Shown one piece after another: positions 24,586-34,050 of a stretch of DNA of 60,569 bases. Source of the DNA: a virus; the IMG/VR virus record IMGVR_UViG_3300037780_000074. One strand, written 5' to 3'. Numbering within the stretch: position 1 is the stretch's first letter; each line of letters begins with the position of its first letter. The notes under the pieces were generated by a model. That model saw only the letters and a program-made list of their open reading frames with translations. It was not told where the DNA came from and made no database searches. A program made the position numbers and the translations under genes.

Positions 24586-26024
24586 TAATCTTCCTCAGAT
24601 ACTTGTGTAACTGCAATCACATCAGATATTAATGCTTCTAATTCAGTAGTATCTAGATCTGCATTTATCTCGAGAATACTCTTTTTGATTTCATCAAAGG
24701 ACTTTCCTTTTCCTAATTGGTCAATAATTGGTTGTACTACTTCTTGAAACTTCTCTGCCATTTCATCTTGGATATCATCCTTAGCAGAGAAACTATTAGT
24801 AGGTTCTGGTGGAGTATTGCTAGTACTAGAAATTTCAAACTCTGTATCTTGCAATGAGTATGTTTTCTTGATATACTCTTCAGTAAATTTAACGCCTAGA
24901 CCATTAAGCATTGTATCAACTTCAGCTTGTGCTTTCATTTCAACTGTTTGACCTTTTGCTGTTAAATCGAACATTGGAATTTCAACTTCATCAACTTTTC
25001 CGTAGTTCATGTATACCATCTTAGTGATAATATCGTTCATGTTTCCTATTACTAGCTTTGCATCTGAATCACGAATGATATTGATAGATTGAATTATTTG
25101 CTCCCTGTTGCCTAATGCACCTGCAACACTATCAACTGCAGATGAGTGGGAAAGAATTGCTTTTGATATTTGCTTGTCACAAACTTCAATAAAACCTTTG
25201 TAAATTTCACTTGAAGCCTGATTGTTTCCTGCAATCACTAAAACATCATCCGAACCAGGTATCGCTCCTGTGCCATCTTGAAATAAGCCATCTAATGCAG
25301 TAACCATTTTATCGATTTGAGTATCACTTGGTTCAGTTGTTGGGTCATCTTTAGCGTTTTTACCTATCTGACCTAATAGATGAATCATTCCATATTTTTC
25401 TACAAACTTTGCAAAGAACTTTAAACCTCCTTTCTTAAATGTAACTGGCCAATAGCACTTTTTAAATACTGCATTCCCATAAGGATTAAGATAAGTCGGA
25501 TAGTTCTGAACTACTGTAAATTTATTTTTGGAAAGCAACTTACCTTCAGCTCCGTAGTTCTTTCCAATAAATCGTAGCCTATTATTAGTATCAAATTTGA
25601 ACCAGTGAGGAGGCTTCCCAACAACACTTGACACATAGACAAAACCATTAGAATCTTCGAGCCAAATTAATTCCATAACAGAATAACCGTAAGCAATAGC
25701 ATCAAGCATTTCTCCAATTATCTTTTCCATATCCCATTTCTTAATCACATTGTTTACAAATTGGAATATATCAGCTCTTGTTTTACTTGGTCTTAATTCC
25801 CATTCCATAGACTTGACATTGTCTTTTCTTAATTGGAATGCTGCGGAAACTTGGTCGTCTATATCCAAATCATAGTATACAGAAATATCTAGACCTAGAC
25901 CTTTAAGAACTTTGTCAGGATTGGGGAGTGAGCTAAGGACAGAGCTATATATCTGCATATCTTTTGCATCAGCATCTACTCCAAACAGTTCTTTCATTAT
26001 TATTTCTTTATTTATATCACCCAT
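24585..26024 (-). CDS. Portal protein (Mu gp29/DUF935-like)
   Basis: 479 aa, located between TerL and the MuF-like gene. Acidic C-terminus. Confidence 0.7.
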   Translation of the reverse strand: MGDINKEIIMKELFGVDADAKDMQIYSSVLSSLPNPDKVLKGLGLDISVYYDLDIDDQVSAAFQLRKDNVKSMEWELRPSKTRADIFQFVNNVIKKWDMEKIIGEMLDAIAYGYSVMELIWLEDSNGFVYVSSVVGKPPHWFKFDTNNRLRFIGKNYGAEGKLLSKNKFTVVQNYPTYLNPYGNAVFKKCYWPVTFKKGGLKFFAKFVEKYGMIHLLGQIGKNAKDDPTTEPSDTQIDKMVTALDGLFQDGTGAIPGSDDVLVIAGNNQASSEIYKGFIEVCDKQISKAILSHSSAVDSVAGALGNREQIIQSINIIRDSDAKLVIGNMNDIITKMVYMNYGKVDEVEIPMFDLTAKGQTVEMKAQAEVDTMLNGLGVKFTEEYIKKTYSLQDTEFEISSTSNTPPEPTNSFSAKDDIQDEMAEKFQEVVQPIIDQLGKGKSFDEIKKSILEINADLDTTELEALISDVIAVTQVSEED

Positions 26025-27460
26025 TACATGAACCCTTCAGTTATTGATTTTTTATTTATTTTCTTAGGAGTGCTGTAGCGTTTAGCCCCTTTGTTCATCG
26101 TCTTAATTATCTTCATTAAAATTTGCATTGCCATTGTATAAACATCAACTTGGTCATCAAACTTACCACTCGGAAATCTTGCTAACTCATTTATGAAATC
26201 AGTTAGCCAACTCATGCCTTTAGGTAAATAAACTGATTTATTCTCCAATGGACTTGATACCATATTAGCTCTAACTACTTTGTTCATCGCTTTAACACCC
26301 TTAATACTAATCTTATGTCTGTAGGGCATAACTTGTATTAATGATTGACCACTTCCTGCATCCTCAACATACACTTTATTTGGTTCCCAAAATTCATACA
26401 ATCGTACAACATTTCTTTCAAGAGCATTAAAGTTTATCTTAGCACGATAAACATCAAGCAGATAGTAGTTATCTTTATCAATACCAACAGTCAAACAAAC
26501 TGAGTAATCATTAGTTTCACTTTCTTTGAAAGCCGTATCCCATACTTGAATAACGAAGTCTAACTTCTTTCTCATTTCAATTGGTTTCTCATTGTAATAT
26601 TGCCAATTGCTTGGGTCAAATATTATTGAGTTTGTTAGAACAGGCTTTTGTTGATAAAGTGAAGTGAAAAAGCTACCTTGTATTTCTTTCTGTTCCTGAA
26701 TATATTCTTCATCAAATCTTTGTGGCCATAGTACATCGCCTTTCTTCCTACCTAATACATCATCCTCTTCTGCAATAGCAGGGAAATTTACAACTTCCCA
26801 ACTGTCAGGATATGTTTCTTGTAAGTAACCTGCTATATCATCGTAATGCCATCTAGTCATTACAACTATCACTATCCCATTGGGAGACAACCTAGAAAAT
26901 GCTGTAGATGCAAACCAATTTTTCATTGACTCCCTATAAGTAGGTGAGAAAGCTTCTTCATGGTTTTTTATCAAATCATCAATAATTAAAAGGTCTGCAC
27001 CTTTACCAGTTATTGAACCTTTCCAGCCATGAGCCTCAACTCCACCACTATGCCTTGATATTTCCCAACTCGACTTTGATTTAGTGCTTTTGCTTACATC
27101 TAATCCAAAGAGATTTTTACCATGATCTAAAAATAAATCCCTTGTCCATCCACCATATTTATTAGCTAAATCGGATGAGTGCATAGTTATAAAAACTTTC
27201 TTATCTGGGTTGTTACCCAAATACCACACAGGGAAATATTTGCAAATCAATTCTGACTTCCCATGTCTTGGAGGCATATTAATTATAATACGTCTCTTTT
27301 TTTTTGCAACAGCATCCAGTAAAATGTTATTTACATACAATAAATGCTTTGCTAAATGGTACTTCCCACCTGACATATAATATGCCATTGAGATAGGAGT
27401 ACCAGTAGCAAACTCTACACTATTAGTCACGGATGTTGTCAAGATTCTGCATTCCCTCAA
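26024..27460 (-). CDS. terL: Terminase large subunit
   Basis: Walker A-like MPPRHGKSE, Walker B LLIIDDL, and C-terminal nuclease motif FDDQVDVYTMA. Confidence 0.85.
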   Translation of the reverse strand: MRECRILTTSVTNSVEFATGTPISMAYYMSGGKYHLAKHLLYVNNILLDAVAKKKRRIIINMPPRHGKSELICKYFPVWYLGNNPDKKVFITMHSSDLANKYGGWTRDLFLDHGKNLFGLDVSKSTKSKSSWEISRHSGGVEAHGWKGSITGKGADLLIIDDLIKNHEEAFSPTYRESMKNWFASTAFSRLSPNGIVIVVMTRWHYDDIAGYLQETYPDSWEVVNFPAIAEEDDVLGRKKGDVLWPQRFDEEYIQEQKEIQGSFFTSLYQQKPVLTNSIIFDPSNWQYYNEKPIEMRKKLDFVIQVWDTAFKESETNDYSVCLTVGIDKDNYYLLDVYRAKINFNALERNVVRLYEFWEPNKVYVEDAGSGQSLIQVMPYRHKISIKGVKAMNKVVRANMVSSPLENKSVYLPKGMSWLTDFINELARFPSGKFDDQVDVYTMAMQILMKIIKTMNKGAKRYSTPKKINKKSITEGFM

Positions 27461-28052
27461 TTTCTTGTAACAACTTATTGAAGTTTTCTCTCATCTTATC
27501 ATTTTCAGCTATGACATTGCCAATACGTCTTTTCGCATCTTCATCTTCACCAAATCTATTCTCAATTATCTCACCTGCTAGCCCTAGAATATTCCTTTCT
27601 GTATTAATAAGGTTAATCATAAACTTAGATGAGTCTTTAGTCATTTCGAACAATTCAGCAACTGTCAAATCTTCTAATGCACTCAAATCATATTTCATGT
27701 TGCCCTCTTCATCCTTAGTATACAACTTATTATGTAGTGCAAGTTTTGCTAAGGAGATGAGTTTTTGATATGACTGTAGCTCTAATAAATGTGATTTCTC
27801 TCGTGATTCTAAAGCCTTTTGCTTTGCTTCCATAGTTGCTTGCAGTTCAATCTTTTGCAACTCAACTATCCTTTCTCTCCATTGATATTTATCACGCCAA
27901 TCATACAAATGAGTTTTTGATTTGAGTCCAAGCTTATCTTTCAGCATATCCATGTTTCGTTTGGGGCCCAAGTCACGAAATATTCCCCATGCCTCATAAG
28001 CTTTGTCTGACTCATCATCTCTTCTATGCAGTATGCTATTTTCGTCTATCAT
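27423..28052 (-). CDS. terS: Putative terminase small subunit
   Basis: Lies directly upstream of terL and overlaps it. Helical, with an HTH-like N-terminus (KAYEAWGIFRDLGPKRNMDML). Confidence 0.5.
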   Translation of the reverse strand: MIDENSILHRRDDESDKAYEAWGIFRDLGPKRNMDMLKDKLGLKSKTHLYDWRDKYQWRERIVELQKIELQATMEAKQKALESREKSHLLELQSYQKLISLAKLALHNKLYTKDEEGNMKYDLSALEDLTVAELFEMTKDSSKFMINLINTERNILGLAGEIIENRFGEDEDAKRRIGNVIAENDKMRENFNKLLQEIEGMQNLDNIRD

Positions 28053-28554
28053 CAGAACCCCATGCTTTACTGAATTTGTGTTCTTTGATTATTTTCTCTT
28101 TAGGTATACCCTCAGAAATTCCAAGCTTTACAACTTCCTCTTCTTCCATTTGTAGTCTTCTCATTATCTCTTGAACAGGGACTTTATCTTTTATCATGTC
28201 ACCTACAATCTTAGACATCTTAAATACACCATGTGTACCCTTTGCTCTGTTGTGCCTTATGGTACTCATCTGTTGAGATACTATGTCAGTTGGATTTGTA
28301 GTTGTTACAGGGACTCTACCACCATCTCTTTCACGGATTCGTGGGTCATCTGAAGCTAACCACCTATGGTAACCATCAACTATTTCATTATTCGGGTTTC
28401 TAATTACTGGTTGCGTCCACCCATCTTCTAGAATTGATATTACTAATAATTCAAAATCATACTTAGTCATAGAGTTTGGATTGTAGTTGTTTGGTTTAAT
28501 TAACTCTCTATCAATCCATTCCACATTATCTATTGGTTGTTTAAACTTGCTCAT
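28036..28554 (-). CDS. ParB-like nuclease-domain protein (IbrB/DndB-like)
   Basis: NPNSM ... ILEDGWTQPVI ... IVDGYHRW ... IRHNRAKGTH. Confidence 0.7.
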   Translation of the reverse strand: MSKFKQPIDNVEWIDRELIKPNNYNPNSMTKYDFELLVISILEDGWTQPVIRNPNNEIVDGYHRWLASDDPRIRERDGGRVPVTTTNPTDIVSQQMSTIRHNRAKGTHGVFKMSKIVGDMIKDKVPVQEIMRRLQMEEEEVVKLGISEGIPKEKIIKEHKFSKAWGSDDRRK

Positions 28555-29686
28555 TCACAACCTCCATTTTCTTTCCTTTTTTAAATTTCATTGTAGCTGA
28601 TTTACGTTTTTTAAAATCTCCTCTGATTGCACAGTCACATAAAAACTTCCAGCTACAACCAGTTTTATAATGATTGTTTGCATCAGGTATCTTGTCATTT
28701 GTGTCTTTGTAATGTAGTTTGATAGAGGCATTAATTCCTTTTTGTACAACAGAGCGATAAGGTTCTTCGTATCCAGTCATAATTACTTTATAATATTCTT
28801 CCCACGTTTTGTAAGCAGGAGGTAATACTTTCCCAGTATATAAACCGACATTGGAATATCTAAGAGCTGTTCGTGCCCCTCTAACTCTATCTTGCATTTT
28901 CTCCCATAGGTCTGAATCAATTAATTGATATTCAGCTATACCTCTTAGAGGTTCTTCACCGAAAGCATTACTCACCCTTTGTTTCAAGAATCGATTGTGG
29001 TAACCAGGTAACTTATCTAATGCATCGTAAAACTTGTTATAATCCCATTCGAACTTCTGAATTGCTGACCAAACATCTTCACTTGTCCAATCATAAATTG
29101 GATGAGCTATATGGATATTACCATATCGATGAGAAATATAGTTGTCTGCTTTCTTTCTCAGAACAGCCATTCTTCTTCTTAAGCTTTCTTGAGCTCGTAT
29201 ACCTGTCAAAAAACAAACATTACCATTGTAGTCTTGATACATTTCATCACAGAATTGAGGCATAGTTTGGCCAGGAACAAATCTCCTATGCAGAGTGATT
29301 GCATTGTCAGGCAAATTCCTACACCATAACTGTTTCTTTGCAGGTTCCCATGGGTACCACCATGGCTCGTTGTTACTACAAGCATTTCTATGTCGAATAG
29401 GAATACAGTACCATTTAAAGTCTAAGTCTGCATTAGAAGATACTCTTTCTACGTATTCAACTGTTTGTGAAGTTATTGCCTCTTCGTCGATATATATTAC
29501 CTCAAGTGGTAGCTTTTTTAATTCTCTAGCTACTTCTAAAGCAAGGTTTAGAGCAATAGTAGAATCTTTACCACCTGAGAATGAAACAACAACTTTGTCA
29601 AAACGATTGAAACAGTCTTTAATCCTTTGCTTTGCTTCATCTAAAACATTTGTATTATATTCTATTCTATCGTGTGTTCTACTCAT
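28541..29686 (-). CDS. PP-loop ATPase of the PAPS-reductase family with a C-terminal extension (IbrA/DUF3440-like)
   Basis: PP-loop VVVSFSGGKDST. 381 aa with a conserved-looking Trp/Cys-rich C-terminal half. Confidence 0.7.
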   Translation of the reverse strand: MSRTHDRIEYNTNVLDEAKQRIKDCFNRFDKVVVSFSGGKDSTIALNLALEVARELKKLPLEVIYIDEEAITSQTVEYVERVSSNADLDFKWYCIPIRHRNACSNNEPWWYPWEPAKKQLWCRNLPDNAITLHRRFVPGQTMPQFCDEMYQDYNGNVCFLTGIRAQESLRRRMAVLRKKADNYISHRYGNIHIAHPIYDWTSEDVWSAIQKFEWDYNKFYDALDKLPGYHNRFLKQRVSNAFGEEPLRGIAEYQLIDSDLWEKMQDRVRGARTALRYSNVGLYTGKVLPPAYKTWEEYYKVIMTGYEEPYRSVVQKGINASIKLHYKDTNDKIPDANNHYKTGCSWKFLCDCAIRGDFKKRKSATMKFKKGKKMEVVNEQV

Positions 29687-30501
29687 TAGCCCACCTCATC
29701 TAAAAGTATCTTTGCTTCATCGAAATAATAAGAGGCCTCTATTACTGTTTCTTTTTCTATATTCAGCACCTCTTTCCATGTCTCAATTCGAGAATCATTT
29801 TCCTTGTCATTTGGATGCAAATCTCTAAACGCCCAAGGATGTGTACCTAAATAGAAAGCACGAGGCATTTCATAAAATGGAGCTATCGGTAAATTATAAT
29901 ATCTGATTGCAGCAATTACTTCCTCGTGAGACCATTCGGAAATCGGAGAATAACGAGTAATACCCTTTTTGTTAGTATATATGTTCTCACCATTTCTCCC
30001 TACATAATTACTATCTGCTTTGCGTCTTCCTAATAGGATAATATCCAGTTTCTTCTCATTGAAATATATATCTTGCGAGCGTTGCTGAACGAACTTGTAC
30101 CATCTAGAAGATATTTGATTAGTAGCAGGAAAAAGAAAGTGCTCATTCTCTACTAACCAGTTTAAGTCATGCCCTGTATTTATTTTGGAAATACCTTTTG
30201 GAGCGTTTTTAGCTAACCAATCCATATACAGTTTATATTCAAGATTAGTATAACCAATGACACTATCAGTTATACCAGCTTGTTCAGCAACTAATCTAAG
30301 TGCGACTGAATCCTTACCACCACTCCAAGCAATTGCACAACTTTTCCCTTTTGTGATTCTTAAGATGTCACTGCAGGTTCTGTCAATGAGTTTAGTTATA
30401 TGATTGTGACTTACATATTCTTCAATATTATTAAATACGTGTCTAAATAAATCCTCATTATGAGAATTGAATGCTCTGTTTTTTAAGACTCTGTTATTCA
30501 T
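29686..30501 (-). CDS. Second PAPS-reductase-family PP-loop ATPase
   Basis: PP-loop CAIAWSGGKDSVAL. 271 aa. Confidence 0.7.
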   Translation of the reverse strand: MNNRVLKNRAFNSHNEDLFRHVFNNIEEYVSHNHITKLIDRTCSDILRITKGKSCAIAWSGGKDSVALRLVAEQAGITDSVIGYTNLEYKLYMDWLAKNAPKGISKINTGHDLNWLVENEHFLFPATNQISSRWYKFVQQRSQDIYFNEKKLDIILLGRRKADSNYVGRNGENIYTNKKGITRYSPISEWSHEEVIAAIRYYNLPIAPFYEMPRAFYLGTHPWAFRDLHPNDKENDSRIETWKEVLNIEKETVIEASYYFDEAKILLDEVG

Positions 30502-30953
30502 TTAGAAACCTCCAAAGTCTTTTTATATCCAACTGCAGGTAAGGAATTAAAAAAATCATGTACATTAGGCATCTTGTTAAGCTTATCTGCTAATAGTTTT
30601 GCATGATATTTTAACTTTGAAATTGCTAATGGGCATTTAGTAGACCTTTGCTTATCTACTGAATGCACTTTAAACATTGAAACTTTCCCATTTTTAAACT
30701 TTGGTAGTAGTGGGTACATTTGACAATCTAATGGCTTATATCCACCATCACAAGTAGCCGTATCCTTAGCCTTGCATTTTGCTAAACGCCCACCCTTGTA
30801 TTCTTTTCCTAATTCCAAATGTTTAATCTCAACATCAGAAACATTTTTTAATTCCTCAGGATATAAAATGACTCCACTTACTCTTGCCGTTTTGGTGCAA
30901 CATCTAAAACCGCATCCAGCACTAGGGCAATGATCTATTAGTCCTTTACTCAT
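30498..30953 (-). CDS. YkgJ/UPF0153-like Cys-rich (putative Fe-S or Zn) protein
   Basis: CPSAGCGFRCC plus YKPLDCQMYPLLP fit the CxxCxxCC family. The ATG at 30953 is preferred over the track start at 30998. Confidence 0.55.
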   Translation of the reverse strand: MSKGLIDHCPSAGCGFRCCTKTARVSGVILYPEELKNVSDVEIKHLELGKEYKGGRLAKCKAKDTATCDGGYKPLDCQMYPLLPKFKNGKVSMFKVHSVDKQRSTKCPLAISKLKYHAKLLADKLNKMPNVHDFFNSLPAVGYKKTLEVSK

Positions 30954-30954
30954 T

Positions 30955-31701
30955 TTACACCGTCCTGATATCTTTAAGGTTCTTAGCTGAAACACCATTT
31001 ACAATAGTTCGGTTTATCATAGGATGTTCCTCATCAACAGGACCATAATCGGAAGTAGGGTGAAAAGCGACAACTCTCATCTCACTATCTTTAGTTTCAA
31101 AAGAATGGGTACCGGTTAAAGCATATATTCCATCATGCTGTATTTTCTTTCCTTCTTCATGAATGATGAAAACTTGACCCGGTATTAAATCTATCTTACC
31201 CCATGGAGTAATACATTTACCTTTACCAGATACTATCATTCCAACTCTTATGTCAGGATGAGTGTGTTGAGTTTGGGAAATGTTTTTAGGAAAATATAAA
31301 AGATTGAAACATGGGTCACCTTTCTTCACTGGTGGTATTAAAAGAGAGTCTGTACAACCATCAATATATTTAAGTCTTCCTTTTCGTTCTAGCTTACCAC
31401 CAATATGGAAAAAGCCATTATACTTTATGCTTTGTATTACAATACCATTACCACCAATGACTTCCACTTTATTAGGTACAGAAGCGTACATTTCTGGTTG
31501 TAATGTAAATTCTCCTTCATTAGTTTTAATCACAGTCTCTCCGCTATGATTAAAAATGAAAAACGTGTCTCCCTCTGAAGTTAATGCTAATGACTTGCTC
31601 TCAACATAGCCAAATAACTTAGTTGGATTAATATTGTCTGAATCATTAAACAGTAAACCTGTTTTAATTAACTCAAACGGACTGTAGCTTGGATTCTTCA
31701 T
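30955..31701 (-). CDS. Cupin-fold protein
   Basis: Metal-site-like QHTHPDIRVGMIVSGKG and PGQVFIIHEEG...H. 248 aa, possibly a bicupin. Confidence 0.55.
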   Translation of the reverse strand: MKNPSYSPFELIKTGLLFNDSDNINPTKLFGYVESKSLALTSEGDTFFIFNHSGETVIKTNEGEFTLQPEMYASVPNKVEVIGGNGIVIQSIKYNGFFHIGGKLERKGRLKYIDGCTDSLLIPPVKKGDPCFNLLYFPKNISQTQHTHPDIRVGMIVSGKGKCITPWGKIDLIPGQVFIIHEEGKKIQHDGIYALTGTHSFETKDSEMRVVAFHPTSDYGPVDEEHPMINRTIVNGVSAKNLKDIRTV

Positions 31702-32368
31702 AATGCTCCATAATTTTAATTAAACATTCAGGAGTGCTATTGGAATTGATAACACTCTTAGCTCTATTTATAATATCTGTGATTTTAGCTCTGTCTTTTT
31801 CTTTCATTAAGCAACTGAAAAGAACATTGTCATCTTCAGTTATCTTCAATTTGTTATCCTTGTCTCTATCGTCAGGGTATGCTTTTTTCTCTTCTACTTC
31901 ATCAGGAAAGCTCATGTCAGGTATCGAAGTTTCTTTGGATAGTTCAATCATTGAATTATCTACAGTATTCATATCATTTATTTGCTTGAATATGGCCAAG
32001 TGTTCCTGATTATTTCCTAACTCTACAATCTCTGTAGGTGAAAACAATTCTGCTAACTTATCCTTATTCCATTTACCTGCTATGTTTTGATTTAACCTGT
32101 AGTTAAGTCTCTTAAACTGTTCTTCATTCAGTTTTTTAGTTGGTCTCTTAATGTCGACCTCTTTATCTCCTCCCTCAATCAGACATTCTAGAGATTTATG
32201 ACCACCACATATAGTATAGTCTTTATTAGTAACTATAACACCAGCAAACCCAAACTCATCAAAGCTCTCTTTCAAGTATTTGACGTTTTCTTCATCCGTA
32301 TCTCTAGGATTATCTTTCCATGGTTTAAGCTTGTCAATGCTTACTCTTTCAGTTACCCACTTAATCAT
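31673..32368 (-). CDS. Second ParB-like N-terminal-domain protein
   Basis: IDKLKPWKDNPRD ... LKESFDEFGFAGVIVT ... ICGGHKSLECL. Confidence 0.6.
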   Translation of the reverse strand: MIKWVTERVSIDKLKPWKDNPRDTDEENVKYLKESFDEFGFAGVIVTNKDYTICGGHKSLECLIEGGDKEVDIKRPTKKLNEEQFKRLNYRLNQNIAGKWNKDKLAELFSPTEIVELGNNQEHLAIFKQINDMNTVDNSMIELSKETSIPDMSFPDEVEEKKAYPDDRDKDNKLKITEDDNVLFSCLMKEKDRAKITDIINRAKSVINSNSTPECLIKIMEHYEESKLQSV

Positions 32369-32537
32369 TTCTCACCTTTTATTTGTTGAACTGTAGCAAT
32401 GGTTCACAAATTAGTAAGCAATAATTGCAATGTTCTTTACAGTCTGCATAGCAGATTGCATTTCTATTGTGTTGGCAGTCACCGAAGTGTTTTGAATTAT
32501 GTAAATCAGAAGTTGCACATATCAAAGAATAAACGGT
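32369..32537. promoter_or_regulatory. Divergent control region between the leftward packaging and rightward capsid operons
   Basis: 169-nt ORF-free gap between divergent genes. Palindrome tctgcatagcaga (32443-32455) and repeated ttgca pentamers. Confidence 0.4.
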
Positions 32538-32543
32538 TTGTAT

Positions 32544-33647
32544 ATGTGGATTTCAGTATTTAGAGCAGGTAAGCATCAGGATAACAAAGGAAATGATTTA
32601 GAATTTTCAGTTGATGATCTGAATGTTATTGCAAACAAGTATAATAACCAACCAAAAGAATCAAAAAGAATTGCCCCCTTAATACCTGGTGGGCATGAGA
32701 AGCTTTACTACTCTGACGGTCAGTTGATGATTAAACCTAGTATGGGCTGGGTTGAAAAGCTTAAAGTTGAAGGCGAGAAATTACTAGCCAAGATAGACCC
32801 AACACAAAAATTCACAGAAGCTGTCAAAGGGAAATACTATAGGGGAGTGTCTATCTCATTATTAGAAGATAAAATGCTTGACCATATAGCTGTTTTAGGA
32901 GCTGTAAAACCTGCTGTAGCTGGATTACCTGATATGGTTTCATCTTTCACTATGGGAGTGAAAGAGCTAACTGATATTGAATCTTATGAGTTCTCTTTAG
33001 AAGAAACCAATCCAAAACCTGATACAGGTACAAAACCAAAAGAAAATTTCGAAGAACCAAATACAAATTCAAATAATAACCAAACAGGTGAAAACATGAA
33101 ACTGTTGTTAGATACAGTAAAACTAATCGAATGGGTAAAAGCCGAATTCGGAGATGAGACAGCGACTAAGATTCAGGAAAAACTTCCAGAGTTTAAAGCT
33201 GAGGAAGAAGAGAGCAATGATGGAGAAGGTGACACAGGAGAGGGAGATGACTCTACTGGTGGTCAAGACTCACAAGAAGGAAATTTCTCTGAATCAGAGG
33301 ACAAAGAAAAGACAGAATTGCAAAATAGAATCAATGCACTAGAAGCAAAGAACAGATTGTATGAATTCAATCAGTTTATAGGAACTACTAATGTTCCAGA
33401 AGGTGTGAAACTGAAAGCTGTTAATGCATTAGAGATTGCACATACTGCTGAAGCTACAAACTTCTCAGTAAAAGATGAGAAAGGTGCTGAGACTAATCCA
33501 ACTTCATTAATGAAATCATTATTGAAAGCATGGCCTGAATTAGTTGAGCTGGGTGCTGATGGTGATGTTAATGCAAGTAACTTCTCTTCACCTGATAAAG
33601 ATGAAGCTATATCTAGTGCGGCAAAGAAGTACAACGAAAATAGATAA
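32544..33647 (+). CDS. Mu gpI-like head protease/scaffold
   Basis: The N-terminus WISVFRAGKHQDNKGNDLEFSVDDLNVIANKYN is typical of the Mu I family, followed by an acidic coiled-coil C-terminal half. The ATG at 32544 is preferred to the TTG at 32538. Confidence 0.6.
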   Translation: MWISVFRAGKHQDNKGNDLEFSVDDLNVIANKYNNQPKESKRIAPLIPGGHEKLYYSDGQLMIKPSMGWVEKLKVEGEKLLAKIDPTQKFTEAVKGKYYRGVSISLLEDKMLDHIAVLGAVKPAVAGLPDMVSSFTMGVKELTDIESYEFSLEETNPKPDTGTKPKENFEEPNTNSNNNQTGENMKLLLDTVKLIEWVKAEFGDETATKIQEKLPEFKAEEEESNDGEGDTGEGDDSTGGQDSQEGNFSESEDKEKTELQNRINALEAKNRLYEFNQFIGTTNVPEGVKLKAVNALEIAHTAEATNFSVKDEKGAETNPTSLMKSLLKAWPELVELGADGDVNASNFSSPDKDEAISSAAKKYNENR

Positions 33648-33677
33648 TAAAATTAACTTTTAAATGGAGGTCTCATC

Positions 33678-34049
33678 ATGGGACAAAATGATTTAGGTGT
33701 TTCAGATTTAGAAACGCAATCAATACAAGAACTATTAGCAGGTGATGAACTCACTCCTGTAAGTATTCCAGCAGTCTTAACTACTGGTACTACTTATAAA
33801 AGAGGAGAAGTTCTTGCCTTGAATTCAAGTACAAATAAGTACGTGAAGTTCGATGCTGATGGTACTAATGACACTGATAAAATTGCAGGTATACTTATCG
33901 AAGATGTTGATGCATCTTCTGGGGATGTTAAATCTACAATATATATTGTTGGTGTTTTCGATAAAGCTGCCTTAGTAACTGCTGAATCATTTGATGCAGG
34001 AGTGCACAACTCAAATGGATTATTAATTATTAAGGAGTTAGACGACTAA
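33678..34049 (+). CDS. Head decoration protein (lambda gpD/DUF2190-like)
   Basis: 123 aa, directly upstream of the capsid gene. TGTTYKRGEVLAL...KYVKFDADG...AGILIEDVDA pattern. Confidence 0.55.
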   Translation: MGQNDLGVSDLETQSIQELLAGDELTPVSIPAVLTTGTTYKRGEVLALNSSTNKYVKFDADGTNDTDKIAGILIEDVDASSGDVKSTIYIVGVFDKAALVTAESFDAGVHNSNGLLIIKELDD

Positions 34050-34050
34050 A

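Noticed and set aside
29295-29828. A 177-aa plus-strand ORF overlapping the two PP-loop ATPase genes.
   Set aside because: It is antisense to two ORFs with clear catalytic motifs (SGGKDS). Its sequence is low-complexity and it spans their junction, so it is treated as a shadow ORF. The same applies to 23579..24010, 27433..27768, 31280..31549 and 31734..32009.
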